This document shows, piece by piece, positions 23,302-34,294 of a stretch of DNA of 64,000 bases (within the stretch, counting starts at the first letter, position 1; each line of letters opens with the position of its first letter). A program made the translations under genes and the position numbers. The stretch is from Balanoglossus misakiensis (taxonomy: Eukaryota; Animalia; Hemichordata). The notes beneath the pieces are model-generated. The model was not told where the DNA came from, searched no databases, and saw nothing but the letters and a program-made list of their open reading frames with translations. Where the stretch lies: positions 10,247,309 through 10,311,308 of the forward strand of contig CM082591.2 of the NCBI GenBank assembly GCA_040954595.2, given 5' to 3'.

Positions 23302-24276
23302 TAACCAGGTTTTACTATAGTTCGCCAACGGCAATTAATTGGGAAATGACGAAATTAACAGGCGCACACCTGGGACCAATAAGTTGCCCAGGGCGACAAT
23401 TTGGCTGCATGTATATAAAACACCTACTTTGATGCAAGCGTCACGTCATGAGCGTGATCAATAAATAATTGACGCAGTCGCCTGAACACGCACATGATCG
23501 CTGCCCTAGACGCTGATGCCGGTGGACGAGCTTTCGATGTCGTGAAGACATTCATCATCTCAGATGCCATCTACATGGCGAAAGAGTCGTGGGACTATGT
23601 CACGGCGCAGACACTTGTTGGGTGCTTTCGCAAAGCCAGCTTCTCGGATTTGGACTCTGTGGTGACCGACGCGATGAATTCGACGCACTGCACTTGCCGA
23701 TGTCCCCACGCCAAATGACACGACGACCGAGGAATTCACCTGTTTACGTCGAGGTGGACAGCGCTGTTGAGGTCAACGGTGAGCTGTCCGATGCAGAATT
23801 GAGAACGCCGTGTTTGCTGTAGCTCCAGAAGCAAAGATCAACGCACCATCGACTTGTGTCTCCAAGAGCGGCTTGTCTTCAGTCTGGTGTTATTCAATAT
23901 TTATTGTATTTGTCTTTGATATTTTTACATGATTTCTCTTGTAAGACTAATAGAAAAAAGGCGACACTTTATTTCAAGAAAGGTACAGTAATCGTTCATC
24001 TGTACATGTCACCCATGTCAATCACACTCTAACAATGGCCCTAAGTTATTTACACTTGAATAGGCATTTGTATCAATCAGGTGGACGTCAGTTTCGCTGC
24101 AAGATTTTACCTCCTCTTTTTCGTTTATTTGTAAGAATCTTTGGTGAATCGTACATGTTCTATTTTACATGTCATGGCCGGAAATTTAATTTAAAAATCC
24201 GAAGCAGTTGCCAACCAGCCAAAAAGTCGCCCATGAACGATTTCTTGGATGGGCGAACTATCAGTTAAACCCAGTA
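23302..24276 (+). mobile_element. pogo/Tigger-like DNA transposon relic nested in the Helentron 3' region
   Basis: Peptides DAIYMAKESWDYVTAQTLVGCFRKASF and YVEVDSAVEVNGELSDAEL resemble a Tigger transposase C-terminus. Degenerate TIRs ggttttactatagttcgcc / ggcgaactatcagttaaacc with flanking TA. Confidence 0.6.
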
Positions 24277-24653
24277 ATTATTGAAATAAATTTGATGTAA
24301 TGTTTATGCACTTATAGTTCTTATATTGTAAGACAATATACCCCCTTATAGTCCCATACCTCTATTGTTGACCAGTGTTATGTGAATTACCAATTAACTT
24401 CCATATAATGTATTTGTGACTTAAAAGTCACCATGAGCACTATGTACATGACAAGAATTAAACGTTCATATTAATTTAACAATTTTCCCAATGTGAATGA
24501 ACAATTAATAATGTATATTTGTTTCATTATCAACTAACATGTCTACTGTGGTGCAGTTGTGATGGTTAACTTCACAATAAAGAGTAATGTTTCAAAGAAT
24601 TTGTTTGAAAATGTGTAATATAAGAGTAGTAATTCGCATGTATGTAATATTAG

Positions 24654-26720
24654 TCACCTGAGGTCACCCGAAATTTGGGCCCAGAAAAAGGAGCCCAAAT
24701 AAATTAATCTAGGTTCAATAAAAACCACACCTTAGCCCTATTGGTGCACATGGAATTGGTATGCACATAATTAATGAAATCAGCAGGTGTCACAGGTGAC
24801 CTCCAAATTTGACTTTTCAAATCTGTCCCATACCTGTAAACGCCATGGCTATACCTTCTGTGGATGGCAAAATATGAGGAAATAGGTCGAAGGTCACCCG
24901 ATGTCACCCGAACTATGGGCATAAATTTTTCACCCCATACCGGTCCATGTTAAACAAAAAACGAAACCCTTGTCCTATTGGTTGGTCTGTAATGAGGTAT
25001 GGACATAATTAATGACTGAAGCAGGTGTCCACAGGTGACCCGAACATTTGGCTGTTCATTTTAGTCCCAAACTCCAAACGCCAAGTCTGTACCTACTCTG
25101 GGTGCCCAGATAAAAAAAAAGTAAGTCAAAGGTCACCTGAGGTCACCCAAAATTTGGGCAACAAATTTTGACCCCATACTGGTCCATTGGCCACAAGAGC
25201 AAAACCTCTAGCCCTAATAGTTACCCCGGAATTAGGTATGCACATATTTAATGACATAAGCAGGTGTCACAGGTGACCCCAACTGAGGCTTTTCAATTGT
25301 AGTCCCAACCATGCAAACGCGAAGTCTGTACCTGCTGAGGATGCCAAAGTATAGCAAAGTAGGTCAAATGTCACCTGAGGTCACCCAAAATTTGGGCAAC
25401 AAATTTTGATCCCATACTGGTCCATAGGCCACAAGAACAAAACCTCTACCCCTAATAGTTACCCCGGAATTAGGTATGCACATATTTAATGAGATAAGCA
25501 GGTGTCACAGGTGACCCCAACTTAGGCTTTTCAATTGTAGTCCCAACCATGCAAACGCCAAGTCTGTACCTGCTGAGGATGCCGAAATATAGGAAAGTAG
25601 GTCAAAGGTCACCTAAGGTCACCCAAAATGATGGCAAGAAATTTTGACCCCATAGTGGTCCATGTCTCACAAGAACAAAACCTCTAGGCCTATTAGGTAG
25701 CCCGGAATTATGTATGCACATAATTAATGAGAAAAGCAGGTGTCACAGGTGACCCCCAACTTAGGCTTTTCAATTGTAGTCCCAACCATGCAAACACCAA
25801 GTCTGTATCTGCTCAGGATGCCGAGATATAGGAAAGTAGGTCAAAGGTCACCTAAGGTCACCCAAAATGTGGGCAAGAAATTTTGACCCCATAGTGGTCC
25901 ATGTCTCACAAGAACAAAACCTCAAGGCCTATTAGGTAGCCCGGAATTAAGTATGCACATAATTAATGAGAAAAGCAGGTGTCACAGGTGACCCCCAACT
26001 TAGGCTTTTCAATTGTAGTCCCAACCATGCAAACACCAAGTCTGTACCTGCTCAGGATGCCGAGATATAGGAAAGTAGGTCAAAGGTCACCTAAGGTCAC
26101 CCAAAATGTGGGCAAGAAATTTTGACCCCATAGTGGTCCATGTTCAACAAAAACCAAACCTTAACCCTATTGGTTAGCCTGGAATAAGCTATGCACATAA
26201 TTAATGAGATATGCAGGTGACCCCCATTTTGGCTTTTCAATTTTAGTCCCAACCCTCCAAACGCCAAGTCTGTACCTGCTCTGGATGCCAAGATATGGTA
26301 AAGTAGGTCAAAGGTCACCTGAGGTCATACAAAATTTGGGCAAGAAATTTTGACCCTATACTGGTCCATGTTCAACAAAAAGCAAACCTATAGCCCTATT
26401 GGTTAGCTAGGAATTAGGTATGCACATAATTAATGAGATATGCAGGTGTCACAGGTGACCCCCATTTTGGCTTTTCAGTTTTAGTCCCAACCCTCCAAAC
26501 GCCAAGTCTGTACCTGCTCTGGATGCCGAGATATAGGAAAGTAGGTCAAAGGTCACCTGAGGTCACCCAAAATGTGGGCAAAAATGTTTGACCCTATACT
26601 GGGCCATGTCCCACAAGAATGAAACCTCTAGCCCTCTTAGTTAGCCCAGAATTAGGTATGCACATAATTAATGAGTTAAGCAGGTGTTACAGGTGAGCCT
26701 AAAATTTTGCCTTTTATTTT
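24654..26720. repeat. Subterminal satellite of the Helentron, ~239-bp monomer x ~9
   Basis: The a(g/t)gtcac anchor occurs at 24891, 25130, 25368, 25606, 25845, 26084, 26312 and 26550 (one unit ~11 bp shorter). Confidence 0.95.
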
Positions 26721-27500
26721 GGTGCCATTATGCTCACTGACCAATAGACAGTCACTGTACAGGACTATTGCACAGACCAGAATTCCACAATAAGACGTCG
26801 ACATAGCTTAACCATAGAGGTATAAGTAAAGGTATAAATTTAATAAAAAAATTAATATAAAAAAATCTGTCGATTTTTCATATTTTTTTTTCGCATAAAA
26901 TTATTGACAAATGCTAGGCTAGCTGCACACCAAAGTTGGAGATGATCGGCCGAACAGATTTTGAGATATGTATGCATATTTATCGAAAATAATATGTGGT
27001 CATAGCTTTACAATGTAAAGTATAGGCCCATGGCTTGGGCAAAAAATATGAAAAATAATACTTAAAAATCTTCTTCTCAAAATTGACATGGCCTATGGCC
27101 TTGACATTTGGCATGTAGGACACTGACCACATGGTCCGCGAAAATCGCTAAAAGAATTTAGATATCTCCATTAATATGCAAATTAGGCCCTTTTGAAAAC
27201 TTTGCCCATATATGGTCATCAGGTCACGTGACTAATTAAACATTCACAAGGGTACTGCACTAGCTCTCATTGGCCTGCACCATTGTGCCAAGTTTGAAAT
27301 CTGTAGGTTTAGCCGTTTTCCAGATCTAGCTGGCCGAAAAAACTACACAAGAAAAAAAAAAGAAGAAGAAGAAGAAGTAGAAGAAAAACCAGGATAATAA
27401 CAATAGGGCCCAAGCGCTGCATGCGCTTGGGCCCTAATGAGATAGAATACACAAACAAACAAACATACGAATAAACAAACAGGCAAACAAACAACCATTA

Positions 27501-27750
27501 GGGACTGCTCAGAATTTACTTCCAAGTTGGGGATGGAGGATTTTTTATTTTCCTGGTGATTTTTTTCCATGGTCTCCCCTAGTAAATTGTGGAGGAAATA
27601 TGTGGTCCCTCCTTAAATTTCCTGGGGATTTTCCATGGTCCCCCTATTGTGACTTTTATGTCTAGTCTCCCCTAATTTGTCTTGGAGAAAATGGGTGGTC
27701 CCCCCCTATGAAAATTCTCCGCCCCCTGGAAGTAAATTCTGAACAGTCCC
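27501..27750. mobile_element. PIF/Harbinger-type MITE, 250 bp, TTA TSD
   Basis: TTA-gggactgctcagaatttacttcc ... ggaagtaaattctgaacagtccc-TTA. Confidence 0.85.
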
Positions 27751-27854
27751 TTATTAAAGCCAACAGCTAGCACCCTGGCTTCTCTGCCAGAGGAGCGATA
27801 ACATCGACAAAATGCAGATACACAAGAAATGAGCACTTTATTCCACAAGTGAAG

Positions 27855-27942
27855 TAGTCTGTTCCCTGCCCCATTCCCACCGCTGGCTGCGCCCTTTAGC
27901 GTAGCGCCGATGGCAGTGGGAATGGGGCAGGGGACCAGACTA
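27855..27942. mobile_element. 88-bp foldback element with TAG..CTA ends and 9-bp TSD (Academ/AcademH-like non-autonomous)
   Basis: caagtgaag-TAGTCTGttccctgccccattccca...tgggaatggggcaggggacCAGACTA-caagtgaag. Confidence 0.75.
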
Positions 27943-28271
27943 CAAGTGAAGAACCCCAGTAACAGACGTAACGAACAAACAAACTACATGTACTAACAAC
28001 AAAGCAAGAAAAGTGTCAAGCGTCGTCAAAGAAAACGAAAACGTTCTAGCATGGTTGGTAAAAGTTATTGGTAGAAAACGAATAGGGCCTTCTACAAATG
28101 ACGTCTCAGACCCGCAAACGCCACCAGAACACAAAACACATGCACAGAACAGTTTAAGCCGGTTGTTGTATGGAGCAGCAATAATCTGCGGTTGGGCCGT
28201 CGTAGATTTTCGCTGGTGGTGAAAATAAATAAAACACGATCGATGTTCGATTTATTCCAGATCACATGCGT

Positions 28272-29794
28272 TTACGGCCAGGAGAGAGCATAAAAGTCTT
28301 CAAATGACCATGTGGTGGCGCACTTTTTTCCGATTGGCTGTATTTCAATTTGTTCGTGGTAAATTAATTTTGTGGAGGTGACCGGCACTGAAGCTCTTAG
28401 CTAAGATGAGGTGGGATGGAAAAATGCCCCATTTTAGATGTTTTAAAATATACGACTATTTATAGACAAAAGGAAAATAAAACGAGCGCAAAAACATACC
28501 AAACCTAGTTTTATTAATTAAAAACAAAATTGCCGAGTAAAGGTTTTCATGTGGGCATTCACTTTGAACTTGCTAAATTAATTTAAAGAGACAAAGTCGC
28601 TCTCTCTTTGTCCTTTTGCGATGATAGAATGCTTGCTTGAAGTCTCTCGTGCAATAAATGATGTCGATTCATACATGTATGGATGGTGTATAGGTGGTCG
28701 GAATTTACATGTCTTTGCCACGACCAAACCAACAACACGTAAAATCAAAGTTTGGGTCATGAAATCGAGTTTTGTTACAGTCTAGAATTTCATGCCACCC
28801 CTTATGGTCATATTATTCTTGGTAGGCAAAAGTGACAAGTAGTCAAGTTTCAACACAGGCAACATTTTTTTACAAACAAACCACAAAGAAGACATCAAAA
28901 GGGAGAGAATTATAGAATGGTCAATGTGTGAAAAGTTAAGATACGTAAAGTGGCCGGGTTCAACATTAACTCATCGACTTCATATCGTCTTTGTGCCATG
29001 GTTTTTGCCTGCCCTGAAAGTTCTTGTCGTTGCAGAAGTGGTTTTGACAGAAAGAATTTAGTCTTCCGGGATGTTTGTGATTATTTGAACACCAGACAAT
29101 ACAATGCAACCTTGACTTCCAAAATACTTACCGGCATTGCATTATCTTACCATGGTTAGGCCTACAGTGAACACATTTTCAACAATATTTTCTGAGTTAC
29201 CGCTGATATTTGTTTTGTAGTATGGATATTAAATTATACATCCCGATACAAAACAGAATGTTATAGAATCCTTCCTGAGTGATATTGAAAAAATTACCGG
29301 AATGCTACCGCCTAATCTATGGTTAGGGTTATTGCTATTATTTTATATCAGTAATCGACTTTGTGTATATCAATGTCATTTTTATAACGATAATGAACTC
29401 GAGTCTAATGTAAACGTTACGAATTGATCGAAAGGCGCTCTGATGAATGTTAACACGAGTGCGCAGTGACAAGACATGCATCGTGCATGACAGTGACAAC
29501 AGTTCCTATAGAGCAGTTAAAAAATAAACCGGTCGTCCGTAAATTTATCAGCTATATTTTTTTTTATTTAGTCACGTTTTCCCTGTTGCATGCTATTAGT
29601 TCAGGGGCCAGTTTTAGCACTGCTCTATTGAGTACTTTCGTATCGATGGATTGATCTCTCGTCCAATCAGAATGGCGGATGGTAGCATGATCCGACATAT
29701 TGCGTATTACAATAGGGCTTCCTCATACAGGTCAGAACGGAGAGGTCATTCCTTTTATTTTAGGACGTCTCAGCTCCTTTGTCTTTTCTGTTAT
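28272..29794. repeat. Direct repeat copy 2 of 1-1521
   Basis: Near-identical to the window start; diverges after ttttctgttat. Confidence 0.95.
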
Positions 29795-30495
29795 TTTTGA
29801 CAAATGCGGATTGACGTTCCATTTCCAATTGGCGATAATTATATTTATTTGTATTTCATTGCATAAGCGCTTGCTAGTCGTTTTTTCGCAATTTTTTTGT
29901 AGTACAAAAACACTGAAGAAAACGAAATATTTTATTCATTCGCACTTCCAAAGAACACCGTGACAGAATTCCTCAATTTGCATTTCAGTTTGTGTGTCTG
30001 GTGTGTCTGCATTGACGTGAGGCGCATTCTCCACCCGCACACATACGTTGCATTGCATTCTTTGACTAATTAGTGTGACGTCATGTTGAAGCAGGATTCT
30101 GATAGTAGTAAGTAATTTGCATAATTGACGCACAGCTGGTGCCTCGTTCTCCTACCGCTGACCGTTGCATTTGAAAAATCATTGCAGCTTTGACGTTCAT
30201 CAAGCATGGAGGCGACCGGGACCTCCATGCTTGATGATGTCGTTTCTCTGGTAAGCATGGCATTTAATGTTATTTTACAAGTACATGTACACTCCTTCTA
30301 GCAAAAACTGGTCGTGGTAGGGCGAGAGGGTCCTCCCAACATCGAAATTCTGACTTAGGGAAGCGTTACAGCACCAAACAGTAAACTCACAGTCGCATGG
30401 AATTTGTGCGTTATATTACACCGTGCGAGTAAATTGTACGTCGTTCGTTGGCTCGAGTCAGCTTTGTTATTGTGGAGCAGGTGGTACCGTAACAC

Positions 30496-30857
30496 CACAG
30501 GGGGCTCTCCCTAGGCGATGTTATTGTTTGTTTGTTGTTGTTGATGATTGGCATAATAAACAAATACATATTTCTTTATTAATAAATATGGTTTGTTGAC
30601 ATGTAAGGGTTAGGTTATTAGGGTATATTTGACAGGTTATGGTATATTCAACGGTTAGGATTAGTGTTGGCATTTTTTCGATCCATGGCCGGCATCACCC
30701 CCCCCCACCCCCCAACCCCCCCTGTGGCTTAGTGATGCCCGGGGCCGTGGATCAACAAACCATATTTATTAATAAAGAAATATGTATTTGTTTATTATGC
30801 CAATCAACAACAACAAACAAACAAACAATAAAATCGCGGAGGGAGGAGCCCCCTGTG
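30496..30857. mobile_element. MITE with ~105-bp TIRs, CACAGGGGG ends and 7-bp TSD (P-element-like)
   Basis: gtaacac-CACAGGGGGCTC...GAGCCCCCTGTG-gtaacac with long internal inverted arms. Confidence 0.8.
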
Positions 30858-31377
30858 GTAACACACTACAGTATAACTTTTAAGGCAAAGCGATAGCGAA
30901 TAAACTGACCAGGGTTGGTTTTGTTGTTGGGGAGATTTTTGGCACCATTGAGACTGTTATAAGCTACCAGTGTCAGCTATGGTATAGCCGTTAACACGCA
31001 GCCCTGCCACGCAGAGCTTCTATGACTGGTTACTAACTTCTATGTCTATTTGATTCACAGATGCTGCCTGAAACTGTCTGCGTTTCAACTCGGGATTCTC
31101 TTCCTTGTCCGGGGCGAGTTTAAGACCGCTCAATGGTAAGCATGACTTGCTTTATATTTGCTTTTATCGGGTGTTGCAACCGAAACAATAGGAAGAAATG
31201 TATGTCTACGAACTAATTTACATATTCCAGCTTTCAATACAATGTACTTGTTTTTTCCCCTTCGAATTCTGGCCTTGATTGCTTGTGATATGATCGTGAT
31301 GTCATGAATTAGATGGACAACTCACAAGTTCAAATCTTCACGTGGAGCATAAAATAAATTTGGATGCATTTCCTTAA

Positions 31378-31724
31378 AGGGACAAAGTCTCTCTCTCGCT
31401 GCCCTTTTTTCCATAATTATATTTGATACAAGACACCGTTTGTTATTCTACATGTAGATATATAGTGAATGAACGTTCAGCCACACACAACTTCCGTCCC
31501 ACTTGTAGACACGAGAGTAAAAATACTCGCCAAAATGAATAATCGTTCTTTACCATTTATTCATTTTTGGCGAGTTTTTACTCTCATATCATACAAGCGG
31601 GATGGAAGTTTTGTGTGGTTGATCATTGATTCACTATATATCCAAATGTACATTAACATAAACAGTGTCTTGTATCAAACATAATTAATGGAAAAAAGGA
31701 CAGCGAGAGAGAGACTTTGTCCCT
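31378..31724. mobile_element. MITE, 347 bp, TTAA TSD (same family as 7733-8079)
   Basis: TTAA-agggacaaagtctctctctcgctg...cagcgagagagagactttgtccct-TTAA. Confidence 0.9.
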
Positions 31725-32397
31725 TTAACCATATAGCTAAAATTACTCCCATACCAATACACAGGGAGATACTTTAACTTTGGCTGAACGTGTGCTAGTC
31801 CAACACTATGCTTAATCAAACTGGCTAAGAGATCTGTTATTATATTAGACGCATGAAGGAAAGTAATGTTGTTTAGAGTGAAATAAAACAATACTTTAGG
31901 CCAGAAAGAAAAATGTAAATAATGACACATGCAGACTGGAATTTTTTTATGATTCTATATTATACCATGTTTTGCATATTTTCACTAATTTGTATGGCCC
32001 ACATAATTCTAAAGCAAGGTTGATTGGTTACTAATTAATATTTGCATATATTTGATTCACAGTCTTAAACACAGCATTTCAACGTATGCCGGAGGAGGAA
32101 GAGAATACCTAGGCCTGATCCAAGACCGCTTTCCGGTAAGCCCTACTTGCTGTATACATGCTCCATAGCTTGTTTGTAAATGCTACCTTTTCCCATCAAA
32201 TAGTGAAGTCACCCTTTTAAAATTATGGTGGTGGCAAGCCACAACTGGTTATCATGAAGAGTTGGACACCACTAATAATCATTTCAATATTTTCCAATTG
32301 GTAACCTTTATGTACCACTATCCTCAACAATTTCAGTCAACAAGATTCATATTGCGCTGTATAGCAAGGCCAAACAAATATGACTGATTGATAGGGA

Positions 32398-32440
32398 TTT
32401 TTAGCTCACGTGATTTTCACGTGAGCTTATAGTTTAGCGA

Positions 32441-32484
<44 letters not shown>

Positions 32485-34290
32485 TGTATACCCGATATCT
32501 CAAGAACCGCTGAACCGATTTCAACCAAATTTAGTACACATGTTCAGATATCATATGGCAAGAACTGAAAAGGTTTTGGTGGGTGTGGCTTTGATATTAA
32601 TGAAGTTATTAAAGTTTTAATTTTTCTATTACATGGTTGTCTATGAGAGCTTTCGTTAATGCCGCATATATGACCAGTGGAAACGATAGTTTGAGGAGAT
32701 CGACTGTTTGAGGGCGTTGTGAAATGAGAAAGTCCAGTTTGGTTGTAGCTTGGGCTGTAGCTGTGTTATAGTATATAGCTCTGTGCTCAGACAGTGTACT
32801 CGTCGTTACAGTTACACAGTTTCAGGATCTAAATGGCAAGAACTGGAAAGGTTTTGGTAGGTGTGGCTTGGATAGTAATGAAATTATCAAATTTTTAATT
32901 TGTGAAATGAGACATTCCTGGCGATATTGCCGTGGTTCTGTCCATGCTGAGACGCTGTACCCGTCGTTACGAATAACTTCCCTACGTGAATCCACAAGGA
33001 AGCTAACGTTGTTTAGTTGCTTCATAGAGTGTAAATTGTTAATCTACAGTCAATCTCAAAATGTCACCAGGCTTTCTATTTGTCTATTGTTCAGAGAAAA
33101 ATAACATGGCGGTTGATCACACTAAACAGTAAAATCCGTTTTGTGTGTTTATAGGCAGTCTGTTATCGCCAATACTATATAGCGATTGCTAGATGGCCTA
33201 CCCAATATGTGATCGAGCGAGAATGATAACATTGAATGTCTGTTCAGATCTCATGCCGTACGTCATACGTCAACATTTCGATTTCGATTTAATCCATTCA
33301 TAAAGAATTTAGAGAAAGTCGTCTTGAATTGTGACCCCGACTATCAATTTTACGATGATTTTTTGGCGACGGAATACACGAGACGCCATTGCATTATAAC
33401 TAGGTCAGCTGGACTTCCAAGGTTACCATTTTGTGTGTATGGAATCTTATCACAGAGACCACGTACTTTGACAATATGCCATGCTATATCAATGACGCCT
33501 CAGAAAATCTGTCGAAAAATGAATTTGTCTTCTCATGGTGGTGCAATATATTTTAATGTCTATTTTGAGGTTGATTTTGGTTTTTGGCTAACATGTATAT
33601 CAATGTCAGCTTATAGCAATATTAACTGGAACAATGTTCAAATAGTCAAAATTGAAAAACTTAATAACAGCGGATCAGATTCAGTTAAAAATTGGCGTGC
33701 ATTGGTGTGCAAGTACTTTGGGAAGACCTCGTATGATTTTGTTCAGGTGGAGTCAGTATCTGGCGTTTGCTATTTTTTATGAATTTTTGGGGGAATTTTC
33801 TGCAGTTTTGTTAAAAAAATTTCTTCTCTGAAATTACATGTCCAATTGATTGGAAACTTGGTATGGAGGTTCATAGGGCTTACCTGAATCACATTTGTGC
33901 AAACGGTGGTGAAATTTGCAAAAATGCATTTTTGGGCAATATTTCCTGTTTTTGTCAAAAAATCAAATCCTGTGAAACTGTAAGTGCAATTGTTTTGATA
34001 CTTTGTATTTGGGTTCCTAGGGGTAATCTCAGTCAGATATGATCAAATTGTAATGAAATTTGCATAATTGTATTTTTTGGGAATTTCTGCAGGGTTTGGC
34101 CAAATAGTCTTCAGTAAAACCACAAGTCCAATTGATTGGAAACTTTGAATGGGAATTCATATATGTGATATCAGTCAGATTTGTCTGAATTTCCTGTTGT
34201 TTGCCAAAATGTCTTCCTTATTGAAACTTGTTAAAGAGGTTCTTAGGCATGAACAGAAATCAAGACCTGATGTAAACTCAGAATTGAAAA
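32398..34290 (+). mobile_element. HINE-like non-autonomous Helentron (3' end uncertain, probably interrupted by the RTE)
   Basis: T-run, palindrome agctcacgtga-ttt-tcacgtgagct, (TG)n, then typical core (aaccgatttcaaccaaattt...) with repeated ccaattgattggaaact blocks. Confidence 0.6.
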
Positions 34291-34294
34291 GAAA

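Larger units (their letters stand above)
1669..27438 (+). mobile_element. Complete autonomous Helentron (Helitron2/HLE2-type rolling-circle transposon), ~25.8 kb
   Basis: Left end: A-run, hairpin gctgc-aa-gcagc (1677-1688) and subTIR gggcccaagc (1695-1704). Right end: palindrome tagggcccaagcgc-tgcat-gcgcttgggcccta (27404-27436) containing the inverted subTIR gcttgggccc, preceded by an (AGA)n microsatellite. No TSD. Intact RepHel ORF inside. Confidence 0.9.

Noticed and set aside
24654-26720. CRISPR-like array
   Set aside because: Whole monomers repeat with no unique spacers, there are no cas genes, and the context is eukaryotic.
1-29794. LTRs or giant TSD flanking the RepHel element
   Set aside because: The Helentron termini are internal (1669, 27438) and separated from the repeats by unique sequence and MITEs; no TG..CA ends, PBS or gag-pol.
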